Shown here: positions 19,269-30,058 of the stretch, piece after piece | Position numbering within the stretch: position 1 is the stretch's first letter | Layout of the letters: each line of letters begins with the position of its first letter | Source of the DNA: an uncultured Poribacteria bacterium | GTDB lineage: Bacteria; Poribacteria; WGA-4E; WGA-3G | Assembly: GCA_958296135.2 (NCBI GenBank) | Contig: CATQHZ020000001.1 | Span: 3,264,001 to 3,328,000 of the forward strand | Direction: 5' to 3' | DNA: 64,000 nucleotides | The notes under the pieces: generated by a model | Told to the model about the DNA's origin: nothing | Seen by the model: the letters and a program-made list of their open reading frames with translations, nothing else | Databases searched by the model: none | Translations under genes and position numbers: made by a program

Positions 19269-21494
19269 ATGTTGATGATAATCGCAGTCGATGAATATTA
19301 TAAAGAGAAAAGGAATCAAACCGAACGCCAACTGCGCGCAGTAGTTGAGCAGAACACACCGCAGGAGCTCAAGGAACCCCTATTCCCACAGGACAAGCCG
19401 GAGGCGTTCACGTTTTGGCTCAACAAAGAGAGCATTCAACGCCTGAATCTCTGGGAGTGGTTTCGGAACTACGCAAAGGAAGCCCGGGTCTCAACCGCTG
19501 GCATCCGTGGTCCTCAGAATATCTTATACCCCTGGGACACGCGCTTCCCGATTAACCAAATCGGCATCGCCTTAGCAACGCTCGGAAAGAGTCTCGTCGC
19601 CAAAGAAGCGGCGGCAGGAAAACCTGTCGAGAAACTCGCCGGATGTGAATCGCGCTATCACTCGCAGAAATATGTGGAACTCATCGCGCGCATCCAAGCG
19701 GCACAAGGCATTCGCACCTACGTGCCCAAAGCATCCGGCGTGCAAATGCACGCACCGAACGTTGGCTTTGGTACACTGCCCATCTGGATGGCATCGTTCC
19801 TCATCTTCATGCTGGATCTAGCGGGCGGCGAGCATGTCACCTCCAGTCATTCTGTTAGCACGAAGAACGCCACGAAGGACCTCAACACTCAGGGCAGCCA
19901 GTATCTGCCGGAGGAATCGATGCGGTTCGTCAACAAAATTGAGGAGATCCTTAAAACCGCCGAGGCGCGCGGCTACGCCATCTGCTTCAGCGCGATAGAT
20001 GATGAACACATCGATTTTGAACGGATGGCGGCGCTCCACAACGGCGTGAAGCCGTATCTCGACTATCTCAAAACGGGGGTGGCAACAAAGGCAAATCTGG
20101 TTCTCATTCGCTCGGCAAAACCGGCCATCGTCGTGGATTGCGTCGGCGGATGCATGTATCGTCCAATGCGCGCTATCTTCGAGCAGTTGCGCATCGCCGA
20201 TTCTATCGCATGGCTCCACATTGAGCCGGACCCGCTCTATCACAACATCGGCAAACTGGACAGACACCCTAAGACAGGCGCGGCGGAATTTTACGACCTG
20301 GGATGTGACTTCAGCCTCCTCGATGTTGTGAAATCGGCGGACTACGGCCAGAAATTGAAAGCCCAGCCGAGCGGCACCGTCATTGAAGCCACCGACCCGG
20401 ACGGCGACAGGCTCATCGTCTGTCAAATCGAGGATGCCGCGCGCGCGGACGCGTTGGAACAACTTGGCGTAGAATTTTTAACCTTGGCCGAGAATCGCCT
20501 ACTGACGATTTACACGCCGAACCAAGCGTTTCTCATGCTCATGGATTTCCACACGAAGCAACTCCAAGCAGCGGGACTCTGGGAGAACCACCCCCGTTTC
20601 ATGATTAAAACAACACCCTCCGCACTCGCATGGGAACAGTGGGCTTCTGCCAATAACGTGCGCGTGATTAATGTCCCGGTCGGTTTCAAAGAGATCGCCG
20701 CGGTAATGAAGAAGATTGAGGCGCAACTCGCCGCGGCACCAAACGCGCCTGTCGTTGTAGAAGATGTCTACGGCGAGACGATTGCTCTCGGCGTGCAACC
20801 GCGGCTCCTTTTCGCCGGAGAAGAGAGCGGCGGGATGATTACCGGGCCCGAAGAACCCATTCGGAGTCAAGGCGGCCGCACGGCACTAGCTATGCGTGAA
20901 AAATCGGCAGGCGAGGCGATGGTGCTGGTTACCGCACTCGCAGCGCATTGCAAACAGACAGGCATCACACTCTCAGACTATCTCGCCGCCGTTTTTACCG
21001 AGCACCGCATCACGGCGACGTGCGATGTGCGCGAGGACATCACCTATTACAACGAATCTGAACCCGATCCGGAAAAACTTCGGGCGGCGAAGCAGGAAGG
21101 CGAGGCGAAGCGCGATAAGAACGATCTGTTTTTCCTCGGCATCGCTATTGCGCTGCGCGAAGCGAAAATCGACACGGCGCAGGCAAGGGAGATTCTCGCC
21201 GATGCACTGCCGACACTCGATTTCACGACGCTGGAGGATGTCCGCTTCGTCGGCGATGGGACCTACCTGAAGTTCCGGGATAAGTTCGTTGAGGTGCGCA
21301 AGTCAGGCACCGATGCAAAGACTAAGGCTTACGCATCCGGCGTAGATAAGACAGAGTGCCGGCGTTTCGCGAAAGCCTTCGGCGAAACAAGCGGCGAGTT
21401 AACCGAACTTTATGAAGCAAGGATCAGTCACACTTATTTAGCGAAAGTTGAAGAGAAAGCGCGTCGGATTTATGACGCGTTTCAGTCGGATTAG
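19269..21494 (+). CDS. Alpha-D-phosphohexomutase (PGM/PMM)-like protein, divergent
   Basis: STAGIRG, TSSHS, DPDGDR and GEESGG motifs. Confidence 0.82.
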   Translation: MLMIIAVDEYYKEKRNQTERQLRAVVEQNTPQELKEPLFPQDKPEAFTFWLNKESIQRLNLWEWFRNYAKEARVSTAGIRGPQNILYPWDTRFPINQIGIALATLGKSLVAKEAAAGKPVEKLAGCESRYHSQKYVELIARIQAAQGIRTYVPKASGVQMHAPNVGFGTLPIWMASFLIFMLDLAGGEHVTSSHSVSTKNATKDLNTQGSQYLPEESMRFVNKIEEILKTAEARGYAICFSAIDDEHIDFERMAALHNGVKPYLDYLKTGVATKANLVLIRSAKPAIVVDCVGGCMYRPMRAIFEQLRIADSIAWLHIEPDPLYHNIGKLDRHPKTGAAEFYDLGCDFSLLDVVKSADYGQKLKAQPSGTVIEATDPDGDRLIVCQIEDAARADALEQLGVEFLTLAENRLLTIYTPNQAFLMLMDFHTKQLQAAGLWENHPRFMIKTTPSALAWEQWASANNVRVINVPVGFKEIAAVMKKIEAQLAAAPNAPVVVEDVYGETIALGVQPRLLFAGEESGGMITGPEEPIRSQGGRTALAMREKSAGEAMVLVTALAAHCKQTGITLSDYLAAVFTEHRITATCDVREDITYYNESEPDPEKLRAAKQEGEAKRDKNDLFFLGIAIALREAKIDTAQAREILADALPTLDFTTLEDVRFVGDGTYLKFRDKFVEVRKSGTDAKTKAYASGVDKTECRRFAKAFGETSGELTELYEARISHTYLAKVEEKARRIYDAFQSD

Positions 21495-21658
21495 AAATGC
21501 AGTCCATACGAAGATTCAGGAAATAACCCGGTCATTTCTAGCACGGGAGACAGGCGGATAGAGACAGCCGCCCTTACACGCTCGGCGCACGCATTCCGAA
21601 AATGACCTTTTTAATTATTGAAACTTCATTAGGACCGCAAGGTTTATAGGAGATTACC

Positions 21659-22732
21659 ATGGCAAGAACGATTATCACCCTTTTCACTCTGGCTATCGGC
21701 GTTGTGTTTTTATTCACACATGCCACAGCCGAAGCCAAGTGGAACTCCCTGCATGAAGTGCTCGACGAAAACGGAATGGGCACCATGCTACAAGATGTGC
21801 ATTTCACTGACTCCCAAAACGGACTAGTCGTCGGGCAGGGAGGATTAATTCTCGTGACATCCGACGGCGGCGCGACCTGGACGAAAATGGACGTGGATAT
21901 GAGCCCACCCGGCGCAGGACAGCGGCCCGGCGGCGGCCCACCCGGTGGTTTCGGGCGCGGCGGCCCCCCAGCTCTCTACAACATCTACTTTGTCGATGAA
22001 AAAGTCGGATTCATCACCGGAAGCAGAGGCACTATTCTGAAGACTGAGGATGGCGGCAAAACGTGGGCGCGTAAAATGGCGCGGAGTGCCGCCAGCAGCC
22101 AAGGCGAAAACCAGCGGCCCCGGCCAATGCGTGCCAATTTGATGGGTGTCCAGATGCTGAACGCCGATGTCGGTTTCATCGCAGGTTCGGAGAATACTAT
22201 TCTCAAGACGACAGATGGCGGCGAGACCTGGGTAGGCAGCTCGCAGCGCGCCCGCGTCGGCGAAACTCGCAATAACCTTGAGAATATATGGTTTGTTTCA
22301 CCGACAGACGGCTGGATTGTCGGTTCATTCGGAACACTCCTCCACACAGCCGATGGCGGCGAAACGTGGGAAAAACGAAACGCGGGCTTTGATAACAATC
22401 TGTTCGGCATCCACTTCATCGATGCTAACACGGGGTGGCTCTGTGGACAGGAGGGGTTAATTCTCCACACCACCGATGGCGGCACCACGTGGACGCAACA
22501 GCAGACCGGAGCCGAAGAAGATCTCCTTGACATCGTCTTTGTTGACGCAACGGTGGGATGGGCTGTCGGTGCTTACAATGCTATTTTACACACTACCGAT
22601 GGCGGCAAAACTTGGAATGCCACCAGCGTCGGCAACGGCTTCGGAACGTTCAAAGCGGCCTCCGCTACAGATAAGGACCACTGTTGGGCTGTGGACGATT
22701 GGGGCATCATTGTCGGATATTCGCCGCAGTAA
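21659..22732 (+). CDS. Secreted Ycf48-like beta-propeller (BNR/Asp-box repeats)
   Basis: Signal peptide; repeated T.DGG.TW. Confidence 0.88.
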   Translation: MARTIITLFTLAIGVVFLFTHATAEAKWNSLHEVLDENGMGTMLQDVHFTDSQNGLVVGQGGLILVTSDGGATWTKMDVDMSPPGAGQRPGGGPPGGFGRGGPPALYNIYFVDEKVGFITGSRGTILKTEDGGKTWARKMARSAASSQGENQRPRPMRANLMGVQMLNADVGFIAGSENTILKTTDGGETWVGSSQRARVGETRNNLENIWFVSPTDGWIVGSFGTLLHTADGGETWEKRNAGFDNNLFGIHFIDANTGWLCGQEGLILHTTDGGTTWTQQQTGAEEDLLDIVFVDATVGWAVGAYNAILHTTDGGKTWNATSVGNGFGTFKAASATDKDHCWAVDDWGIIVGYSPQ

Positions 22733-22803
22733 AAAACAAGCACCGGTAGGCGCGCTTACAACGCGCGCCTACGGCGCCGCCGCACACCGATAAGGAGAAA
22801 CGC

Positions 22804-24021
22804 ATGTCACAACCAAAAAACCATAAAATTACGATGCTCGGCACCGGGCTCATCGGAATGTTCTATACGATGACGCTCCACAACCAACGCGGCGCAGACC
22901 GGGTGCACGTCGTTTATTCCCGCCGCGAAGAACGCGCGAACGCCTTCGCCGAAGAATGGAACATCCCACACGCAACGACAGACTTGGACGAAGCAATCGG
23001 CCATCCCAAAACGGATGTCGTTGTCATTGGGTTACCAAACAACTTGCATCTGGAGGCAGTGCAACGGGCCGCCGAAGCAGGGAAAGCGATTCTCTGCACA
23101 AAACCGCTCGGCCGCACCGCCGAAGAAGCGAAAAAGATGCTGGATATCGTTGAGAACGCCGGCGTTTTCGGCGGGTACCTCGAAGATTTAGTCTACCCGC
23201 CGAAAACTCTCAAGGCGTTAGAATCGGTGCAAAACGGCGCGCTCGGCAAGATTCTGTGGGTGCGTTCCCGCGAGACACACCCCGGCCCACATAGCGATTG
23301 GTTCTGGGATCTGGAGCAGGCAGGCGGCGGTGCTATCGTCGACATGGGATGTCACTGCATCGAGATTGTCCGAAACTTCGTCGGCAAGGACAACCGCCCA
23401 GTCGAAGTAATGTGCTGGGCAGATACCCTCGTGCATCCGATTGATGCGGAAGACCACGGTATCGCGCTCATTCGGTTTGAAAGCGGCGCAATAGGACAAT
23501 TTGAAGTCGGCTGGGCGTTCCGCGGCGGCATGGATTTACGCGATGAAGTCTCCGGCAGCGAAGGCACAATTTGGCTCAACCACTGGCTCCGCACCGGTTT
23601 TGAGATGTTCACCGCGGCCGGACAAGGCGGCTACGTCGCCGAAAAAGCAGAAAGCGATACCGGGTGGCTCTTCCCAGTCGGCGATGAAGTCGCAGAACTC
23701 GGCTATCGCGACATGTTTCTCGATATGTTCAACGCGATGGATGAAGGCAGGACACCGCTCGAGACCTTCTATGACGGCTACGTCGTGAACGCCATCATCG
23801 ATGCCTGCTACGCCTCGGCGAAATCCAAGCGATGGGAGCCGGTTGAACTTGAAGAATGGCGCGGTACATCCGTTGCCACCGATGCAGAGGACACAGATGC
23901 GGATGCGGATGCCGATTCCCGATACGCGCTCCTCAAAAACGAGCGGATGCCCGACGGCAGAATGAAGCGCATCTTCCGCGACCTGGAAACGGGCCAGATT
24001 ATTGAGAGGGTTGAGAATTAA
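22804..24021 (+). CDS. Gfo/Idh/MocA family oxidoreductase
   Basis: GTGLIG, CTKP (EKP variant), [11 protein letters not shown]. Confidence 0.9.
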   Translation: MSQPKNHKITMLGTGLIGMFYTMTLHNQRGADRVHVVYSRREERANAFAEEWNIPHATTDLDEAIGHPKTDVVVIGLPNNLHLEAVQRAAEAGKAILCTKPLGRTAEEAKKMLDIVENAGVFGGYLEDLVYPPKTLKALESVQNGALGKILWVRSRETHPGPHSDWFWDLEQAGGGAIVDMGCHCIEIVRNFVGKDNRPVEVMCWADTLVHPIDAEDHGIALIRFESGAIGQFEVGWAFRGGMDLRDEVSGSEGTIWLNHWLRTGFEMFTAAGQGGYVAEKAESDTGWLFPVGDEVAELGYRDMFLDMFNAMDEGRTPLETFYDGYVVNAIIDACYASAKSKRWEPVELEEWRGTSVATDAEDTDADADADSRYALLKNERMPDGRMKRIFRDLETGQIIERVEN

Positions 24022-24073
24022 TACCAAATCATGTCAGGACAGCCGCTATTTTTTCCGTGCATCAGTCCTCTCA

Positions 24074-24110
24074 GAAAACGCCCTTGGCCTTCAGGCCTTG
24101 GGCGTTTTTT
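24074..24110. terminator. Probable intrinsic terminator, possibly bidirectional
   Basis: aaaacgccc..gggcgtttttt hairpin between convergent genes. Confidence 0.6.
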
Positions 24111-24289
24111 GGTAGAGTTCGTCTGTCGTACCACCCCTTCAAGCCAGTTTGGAGGCAAGCGTCCAAGCTGGGATGGCGACGAGCGGCGTTCAAAACGCTG
24201 CGATTGCTAGTGCTCGAAAAAGTCAAGATCAGATGAAATCGTCCTACGTAGGAAGGCGCAACGCATGGAAAACTAATCGCCGTAGGCTA

Positions 24290-25045
24290 TCACAGCCCCG
24301 CCTTAATCTTACCCCACGCCATCGTCAATTTCCCGCGGGCCTCAACGTCCTGAGGTGTATCCATCACCTTTTGGATTTCAGCCTCAGTCAACGTTTTTTC
24401 ATAGAGCCGCACCTCGTCAATGGTGCCGGGGAAAAAGTCGGTAGGGCGGCCGAAGTCATCCCCGCCGATCCAGAGCTCCAGGGCGGACGGAGCAATGGGG
24501 ACGTTGTTCGCCGCATCGCCTTCTAACTTGCCGTTCACGTAGACCTTCATAGTTTTCCCATCGAACGTGCCGGCGAAGTGATACCATTCGCCGACTTTCC
24601 AATCGGTTGTCGTGGATTCTGCAAACGTATTGTCCGGTTTGACCAGGAAATCGATGCTGTCCTTGTTGCCGAAGTCGAAGATGACGAAGATGGAATTATT
24701 TTTCACCATCAATCGGCGGCTCGTCAGCACGTCACCGGGGCTGAACCACGCCATGAAGGTGATATTTTCCTCAATCGCGAGCTCGGCATCGTCCGCAACG
24801 ATGACGTAGTCATCCTCGCCATCAAATTCAAGTGCCATGCCGAATTTGCCGTCCACCCACTTGGGCGCGCCAGCGAATTTCCCATCATGGCCATTGCCTG
24901 TGACATCCTCAGCCGCTTTGCCGGAGCCTTCGTCGAAGGGCCAGTAAGCGACGAGCCCGTCTTCGGCAACGTTGGCAAGGCCGAGGCCTGCGATGATGAA
25001 AAGCGAAAAAAGTGATAAAACAAAAAGAATTGTGCGCATTGTCAT
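24290..25045 (-). CDS. Secreted LamG-like (ConA lectin/glucanase fold) protein
   Basis: Signal peptide, LVAYWPFDEGSG, WYHFAGTFDG, GTIDEVRLY; tail VEARGKLTMAWGKIK. Confidence 0.9.
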   Translation of the reverse strand: MTMRTILFVLSLFSLFIIAGLGLANVAEDGLVAYWPFDEGSGKAAEDVTGNGHDGKFAGAPKWVDGKFGMALEFDGEDDYVIVADDAELAIEENITFMAWFSPGDVLTSRRLMVKNNSIFVIFDFGNKDSIDFLVKPDNTFAESTTTDWKVGEWYHFAGTFDGKTMKVYVNGKLEGDAANNVPIAPSALELWIGGDDFGRPTDFFPGTIDEVRLYEKTLTEAEIQKVMDTPQDVEARGKLTMAWGKIKAGL

Positions 25046-25266
25046 TTCTCCTCAGTGAAATGTAAATTTTGGAAGACATCGCAACCGGGACTCGGTGCGA
25101 TTGCTTTTGCGGAAACGTGGCCCGCTTACGCGAAGCGACGCAGGCACGTTTTCTATAGGCATAACCGCAATCGCACCGCAATCGCACCGATTTTAGGTGT
25201 AACAGTCGCGCCTCTTGGTATGATACCCCATTTGCAGATATAATAGGGATAAAAAAGTGGAGTTGG

Positions 25267-25920
25267 CTAAACCGCGCGCTCGACCGACCAGTGTCTATCA
25301 GTGCTTTGGACGACAACTGCCCCCGCTAACTCCATCTGCCCCAACATTTCATTCACTTCAGCGATAGTGAAGGCAGCGAGGAAGGAATCGTAAAAGAGTT
25401 TCTGCTGGTAAGGCGTATCCTCGGCGGCGTATTTATCAACGAAAGCCTGCGCGGCTTCTGGCGTTTCGGGACGAATCAGGTCGCGGATTAAAACTAGCCC
25501 TCCCGGCTTGACGACGCGGCTCATCTCTTTCAGCGCGCGCAGCGAATCGTGGATGTGATGCACAATGCTGTTGGAAATGAGGCCGTCAAACGTGTTATCG
25601 GGATGAGGGAGTGCTTTGGCATCGACATGCTCAAGCGTTATCCGTTCTGCGAGTCCTGCCGTTACGACGTGACGTTTCGCGATTTTAAGCATCTCCTTAG
25701 ATAGCTCTATCGCGGTGATACGGATATCAGGACACTGCTGCGCGAGGAGGATGGGAATCTGCGCCGGTCCTGTGCCGACATCCAGAAAGTGTCCGGTCTT
25801 TGCGCCGAGTGCGAGCACGCGTTCCACGAAGGCGTTATCAACTTCGCTGTGCTCCATGGCATCGTACGCTTCGGCGGTTTCCGCTGTGTCCATGACTTCT
25901 TGTTCTAAAATTCGGTTCAT
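25267..25920 (-). CDS. Class I SAM-dependent methyltransferase
   Basis: LDVGTGPA, VDAKALP, VKPGG. Confidence 0.9.
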   Translation of the reverse strand: MNRILEQEVMDTAETAEAYDAMEHSEVDNAFVERVLALGAKTGHFLDVGTGPAQIPILLAQQCPDIRITAIELSKEMLKIAKRHVVTAGLAERITLEHVDAKALPHPDNTFDGLISNSIVHHIHDSLRALKEMSRVVKPGGLVLIRDLIRPETPEAAQAFVDKYAAEDTPYQQKLFYDSFLAAFTIAEVNEMLGQMELAGAVVVQSTDRHWSVERAV

Positions 25921-26003
25921 GATTTGATTTCCTATCCACAAGCCAAGCGCAGAACCTATCCCGTAGGCGCGGTCTCCAACCGGGCATTGCAGCGTCTGCG
26001 CGC

Positions 26004-26810
26004 TTACAACGCGCGCCTACCAGTGAGGGAGCAGCGGTTAAGCAATTCCCTGACACTCTCCGCGTTTTGCCGAACCTGGTCTGGCTGAAATTGGGTATAC
26101 ATGCCGACTGCCATTGCGTCGGTAGGTTTCAGATTTTCTAGGGCAAATTGAAATGCCGCGCGCGGTTCGCTCCTACCGGCCGCCAGAACCTTAATAGCGA
26201 TGACAGGAACAGGAATCGCTTGAATAGCAGCAACTGCCAAATCCCGGTCCCTCGGCAGATACAACTCTCGGTGACGTGTATGATTATACAACGCACACAC
26301 ATAAAAGTCAACGTCATATCCTTCAGCATAACAGTGCTTGAGGAGGCTCGGTTCGTGCGTGCCGATGCCGACTGCACAGCCGAGCTCTCGGATAGGTTTG
26401 AGGTTCTCATGCAGTGAGGCGAGCCTGCCTTGCGCGTAGAGCTTATCGGTTGTGCCGCCGTGATGGTAGATAGCAATTGGTTTGTAGCGTGCGATAATCT
26501 CAAGGTATGCACCGAGGTCTGCGTATTCAATATCCTTTGGCGTTTGCGCTATCCACTGAAGTGTCCCCCCCGCGTTGCGGTATTCGTTGAGAGTCCGCAT
26601 GATATGTCTATCGGCGCGTGCGAGAAGCGTGTTAATCCCGCTCCGCTCCGCTTGCCGCAGGTCTGCGATGATTTGGCGGGTGGTGTAGTAATCCTCCATC
26701 TCCTGCGATTTCGCCGGGGAGTGGTGCGAGATACCGCTATACGGATTGCCGCCGATGATGAGGCGCGTCACGCGATGCGCCGCGATGGGAATTGTAGGTA
26801 TGCCCTGCAC
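26004..26810 (-). CDS. Aldo/keto-reductase-like TIM-barrel protein
   Basis: VTRLIIGGNP, GIGTH, IAIKVLAAGR. Confidence 0.65.
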   Translation of the reverse strand: MQGIPTIPIAAHRVTRLIIGGNPYSGISHHSPAKSQEMEDYYTTRQIIADLRQAERSGINTLLARADRHIMRTLNEYRNAGGTLQWIAQTPKDIEYADLGAYLEIIARYKPIAIYHHGGTTDKLYAQGRLASLHENLKPIRELGCAVGIGTHEPSLLKHCYAEGYDVDFYVCALYNHTRHRELYLPRDRDLAVAAIQAIPVPVIAIKVLAAGRSEPRAAFQFALENLKPTDAMAVGMYTQFQPDQVRQNAESVRELLNRCSLTGRRAL

Positions 26811-27071
26811 GGGTTATTGTTCCTTGCACGCCTTAACGTTGCGCGATAGCGTGGCACAGCCAAAGCCATCGCGCCGATTAACCAAGTAGGACAATCCTCT
26901 TCCTCGCCTACCGGGGGCGTGCTTAAGTTCTGTCACAGTTTTGCTTTTAAAAATAATAGCAATTTCTGTGCCAGAAAAAGAGAGGCGTGCAGTGCAGTGC
27001 AGTGGGCATTTTGCCCTTTATGGTGCAAAATGAGGGAAGGGACTGCACGAATTTGTGCAGCAGCGCCCTTT

Positions 27072-27383
27072 TTACGTATCCACCCGAACCTGAATCTCCT
27101 CATCTTCCACCACCACAGGATATGTCCTGATGCGGAGGCGCGGGTCGGTGTAGCACTCGCCAGTTTTCGTATCATAGGCGTAGCCGTGGACAGGACAAAC
27201 GGCGATGCCGTTCCGAATTCTGCCTCTGCCGAGGGAGCCCAGCGCGTGCGGACACGTGTTGTCAACAGCGCAAAATTCGCCGTTCTCATTGAAGATAGCG
27301 ACGCGCCTCCCGTTGACGGTGAACGCTTTCCCACGTCCTTCGCGAATCGCCGATGTTTTTGTTACAGTAATAGAGTCTGACAT
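27072..27383 (-). CDS. Rieske [2Fe-2S] ferredoxin
   Basis: CPH..CPVH ligand motifs. Confidence 0.92.
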   Translation of the reverse strand: MSDSITVTKTSAIREGRGKAFTVNGRRVAIFNENGEFCAVDNTCPHALGSLGRGRIRNGIAVCPVHGYAYDTKTGECYTDPRLRIRTYPVVVEDEEIQVRVDT

Positions 27384-27388
27384 ATCTC

Positions 27389-29137
27389 TTACTCCTTGAC
27401 GCTTCCGAGGGTAATTCCCTGCACAAATTCCCGTTGCATCGCTAAAAATAGGATAACGATGGGCATCAATGACAGCAGCGTGCCTGCCATCAACATCCCG
27501 TAATCTTGGCGATAGATGCCGACGAGGTTCGCCAAGCCAATCGGTAACGTATATTTCGCCTCATCGCGCAGGATGATGAGCGGCCAGAGGTATCCGTTCC
27601 ACGAACCCAAAAAAGAATAGATAGTCAACGCGCCGAGCGCGGGCTTGATAATCGGCAGCACGATGCGGTAGTAGATGCCGAACTCGGAACAGCCGTCAAT
27701 GCGGGCAGCATCGAGGAGTTCCGTCGGGATAGTGACGATAAACTGACGCATCAGAAACACACCGAACGCACCCACCGAAAACGGGATAATAATTGCTTTG
27801 TAACTGTTCAACCAGCCGATATCATACATGAGCCCGAACAGCGGCACAAGCAGCACCTGAAAAGGCACCATCATTGAGGCGAGGAGGATGCCGAACAAGA
27901 ACTTTTGTCCGCGGAATTGATATTTGGCGAACGCATAACCGCCGAGTGAACAGAAGAACAGCGTGAGCAGTGTCGATGCAGTCGCAATGAAAACGCTGTT
28001 GATAAAATACCGATTGAACGGCACGGTTTTCCACAGATTCCGATAGTTGGCGGTAAACTTGTCCCACACAATGGCGAGGTAAGGGGGCCGGTTGAGAGTC
28101 AATTCCAACGTCAAGGTTTGCGGTTGTGGAAATCGCGACTGGGGCGGCGTTTCTACAAGGGAGGTAGGCACGCGTTGCAAGCGCGCATCGGCTCGATGCA
28201 TCGGGATATGTGATGACTCTAATTCACCGGGGATGCCCTGGAGTCGCCAGACTGCATGCTTCCACAACGCGCTCTCTAAGACAAAAGGTCGCGCCGGCTC
28301 ATAAGGCGCGCCATCAACAAAAACTGTTAACGACAAACGATGATAGGAGGCATCGCCACGCACTGGAAGCGTGATAAGCCGAAGTTGCTCTATCGGGATA
28401 GGAGACGTAAACACCGCGGTCAGCCGCGCGCGGTTGTCGTTCTGAAAATCGTAAGAGAGACTCGCCGCGGTTTGTCTATCCTCGGATACCCGAATGCTTT
28501 TGAGGGTATCCGAGGCCGCCTCCCACTTTACGTCTGCCACCGGCGTGCGGTTGAATTCGACATCTTCTATCTGAAGTGTGCCAACTGCCACTTCGCGGTA
28601 GACTGCATCCCAGATAGTATCAATCGCTTCGGGGATAATCGCGCGGCGCACTTCAGTAGTAAAGGACGAGGGATTCGCGCTCAAGAGCCCTTCCTTATTA
28701 GGTAGCCCATGCCAAATTCCCTCCGTTACCTCGGCGCGCAATTCCGTAGACGGGACATGATTGGCGAGCCGTGCATTTGCAGAGAGGTGTGTCTGCACTT
28801 CTGTCCAGATTGCCTCTTCAAGCTGCGGTTGGAGGGCTTTCCATGTCGCCGCTTCCATCGCTTTCGGTTTCTTCATCGCCGGATAGGCATCCGTGACAAT
28901 GTAGGGAGAAGTCTCAACGCGCGGCGGGAACTTCGGAAACCACTGGACAGGCACAGCGAAGATCTCGTTGGCGGTTTTAAAAGAGGAAGTCAACAGCCAT
29001 AGGAGCGGAATCATGGTGCAAAAGGCTGCCGCTACCAAGAGAAGGTAGCCAATACCTCTAAATACGGGAATAGAAAAACGCGAGTTGCGTCCTGCATTCC
29101 GTTCAACGCGTCGGTTTTTATCGTCTCGGTTCATCAA
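27389..29137 (-). CDS. Carbohydrate ABC permease (MalG type) with a large extracytoplasmic insertion
   Basis: First TM + SFKT, about 300 aa insert, EAA loop ELLDAARIDG, WNGYLWP. Confidence 0.9.
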   Translation of the reverse strand: MMNRDDKNRRVERNAGRNSRFSIPVFRGIGYLLLVAAAFCTMIPLLWLLTSSFKTANEIFAVPVQWFPKFPPRVETSPYIVTDAYPAMKKPKAMEAATWKALQPQLEEAIWTEVQTHLSANARLANHVPSTELRAEVTEGIWHGLPNKEGLLSANPSSFTTEVRRAIIPEAIDTIWDAVYREVAVGTLQIEDVEFNRTPVADVKWEAASDTLKSIRVSEDRQTAASLSYDFQNDNRARLTAVFTSPIPIEQLRLITLPVRGDASYHRLSLTVFVDGAPYEPARPFVLESALWKHAVWRLQGIPGELESSHIPMHRADARLQRVPTSLVETPPQSRFPQPQTLTLELTLNRPPYLAIVWDKFTANYRNLWKTVPFNRYFINSVFIATASTLLTLFFCSLGGYAFAKYQFRGQKFLFGILLASMMVPFQVLLVPLFGLMYDIGWLNSYKAIIIPFSVGAFGVFLMRQFIVTIPTELLDAARIDGCSEFGIYYRIVLPIIKPALGALTIYSFLGSWNGYLWPLIILRDEAKYTLPIGLANLVGIYRQDYGMLMAGTLLSLMPIVILFLAMQREFVQGITLGSVKE

Positions 29138-30018
29138 TTTCCAGTCCCTTCAGACAGAACGCTCAGTTCTACGCCGCGTGCGCGTTGGATATCGTCCTGA
29201 TATTTGAAAATGCACCCTAGCGTTTCCGCAACAACCTCGGCATCAAGCTGTGCTTTGCCGAGTGCAACGAGGGCCAACCCCCAATCCAGCGTCTCCGCGA
29301 CTCCCGGTTTCTTGTAGTAGTCCCCTTCCCGCCAGAATTGCATCATTTGGCATAGCTGCGTCGCGAGCTGCTCATGAATCTGCGGCAGTTTCGCCTGAAC
29401 GATGGCCAACTCTTTCGCTACGGTGGGATAATCAAGCCACTGATAGAGGCATCGGCGTTTGAGTGCCTCATGCACCTCCCGCGTCCGATTGGAGGTGAGG
29501 ACGACATAGGGGATATGTTTGGCGCGAATCGTGCCAATTTCTGGGATAGTCATTTGGAAATCCGACAGAATTTCCAGCAGAAACGCCTCAAATTCGCTGT
29601 CGCTCCGGTCTACTTCATCAATCAGCAAAACGGGCGGCACATCGCCATGGCCTTGGATGGCCTCAAGCAGCGGACGCTTCAGCAAAAACGCCTCGCTGAA
29701 GAGGTCTGTGCCGATCTCCGCTTTGTCGCGGCCGCGCGCTTCGTCGATGCGGAGTTGCAAGATTTGCCGCGTGTAGTTCCACTCATACAACGCGCTGTTT
29801 GCATCTAAGCCTTCGTAGCATTGGAGCCGAATCAGTTTCGCGCCGGTTGCCTCGGCGAGGACTTTGGCGACTTCTGTCTTGCCGACACCAGGTTCGCCTT
29901 CCAGAAAAATCGGCTTTTTGAGATGGTGCGCGAGGTAGAGGGTTGTCGCTAACCCCTTATCGGCGATATACGTATGTTCTTCGCAGACTGCTTGGACACT
30001 TTCAATGGATTTGAACAT
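29134..30018 (-). CDS. MoxR/CoxD-type AAA+ ATPase
   Basis: GEPGVGKT, LQCYEGLD, LLIDEVD, ALKRRC; start MFKSIES. Confidence 0.9.
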   Translation of the reverse strand: MFKSIESVQAVCEEHTYIADKGLATTLYLAHHLKKPIFLEGEPGVGKTEVAKVLAEATGAKLIRLQCYEGLDANSALYEWNYTRQILQLRIDEARGRDKAEIGTDLFSEAFLLKRPLLEAIQGHGDVPPVLLIDEVDRSDSEFEAFLLEILSDFQMTIPEIGTIRAKHIPYVVLTSNRTREVHEALKRRCLYQWLDYPTVAKELAIVQAKLPQIHEQLATQLCQMMQFWREGDYYKKPGVAETLDWGLALVALGKAQLDAEVVAETLGCIFKYQDDIQRARGVELSVLSEGTGN

Positions 30019-30058
30019 AATATGATACGGAATTGCCGTTGCAAACGATATGAACGAG

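Noticed and set aside
21659-22732. Photosystem II assembly factor implying phototrophy
   Set aside because: Generic BNR-repeat propeller; no photosynthesis genes nearby
24074-24290. IS200/IS605 end or omega-RNA remnant
   Set aside because: The hairpin is explained as a terminator; no tnpA, tnpB or iscB sequence recognised
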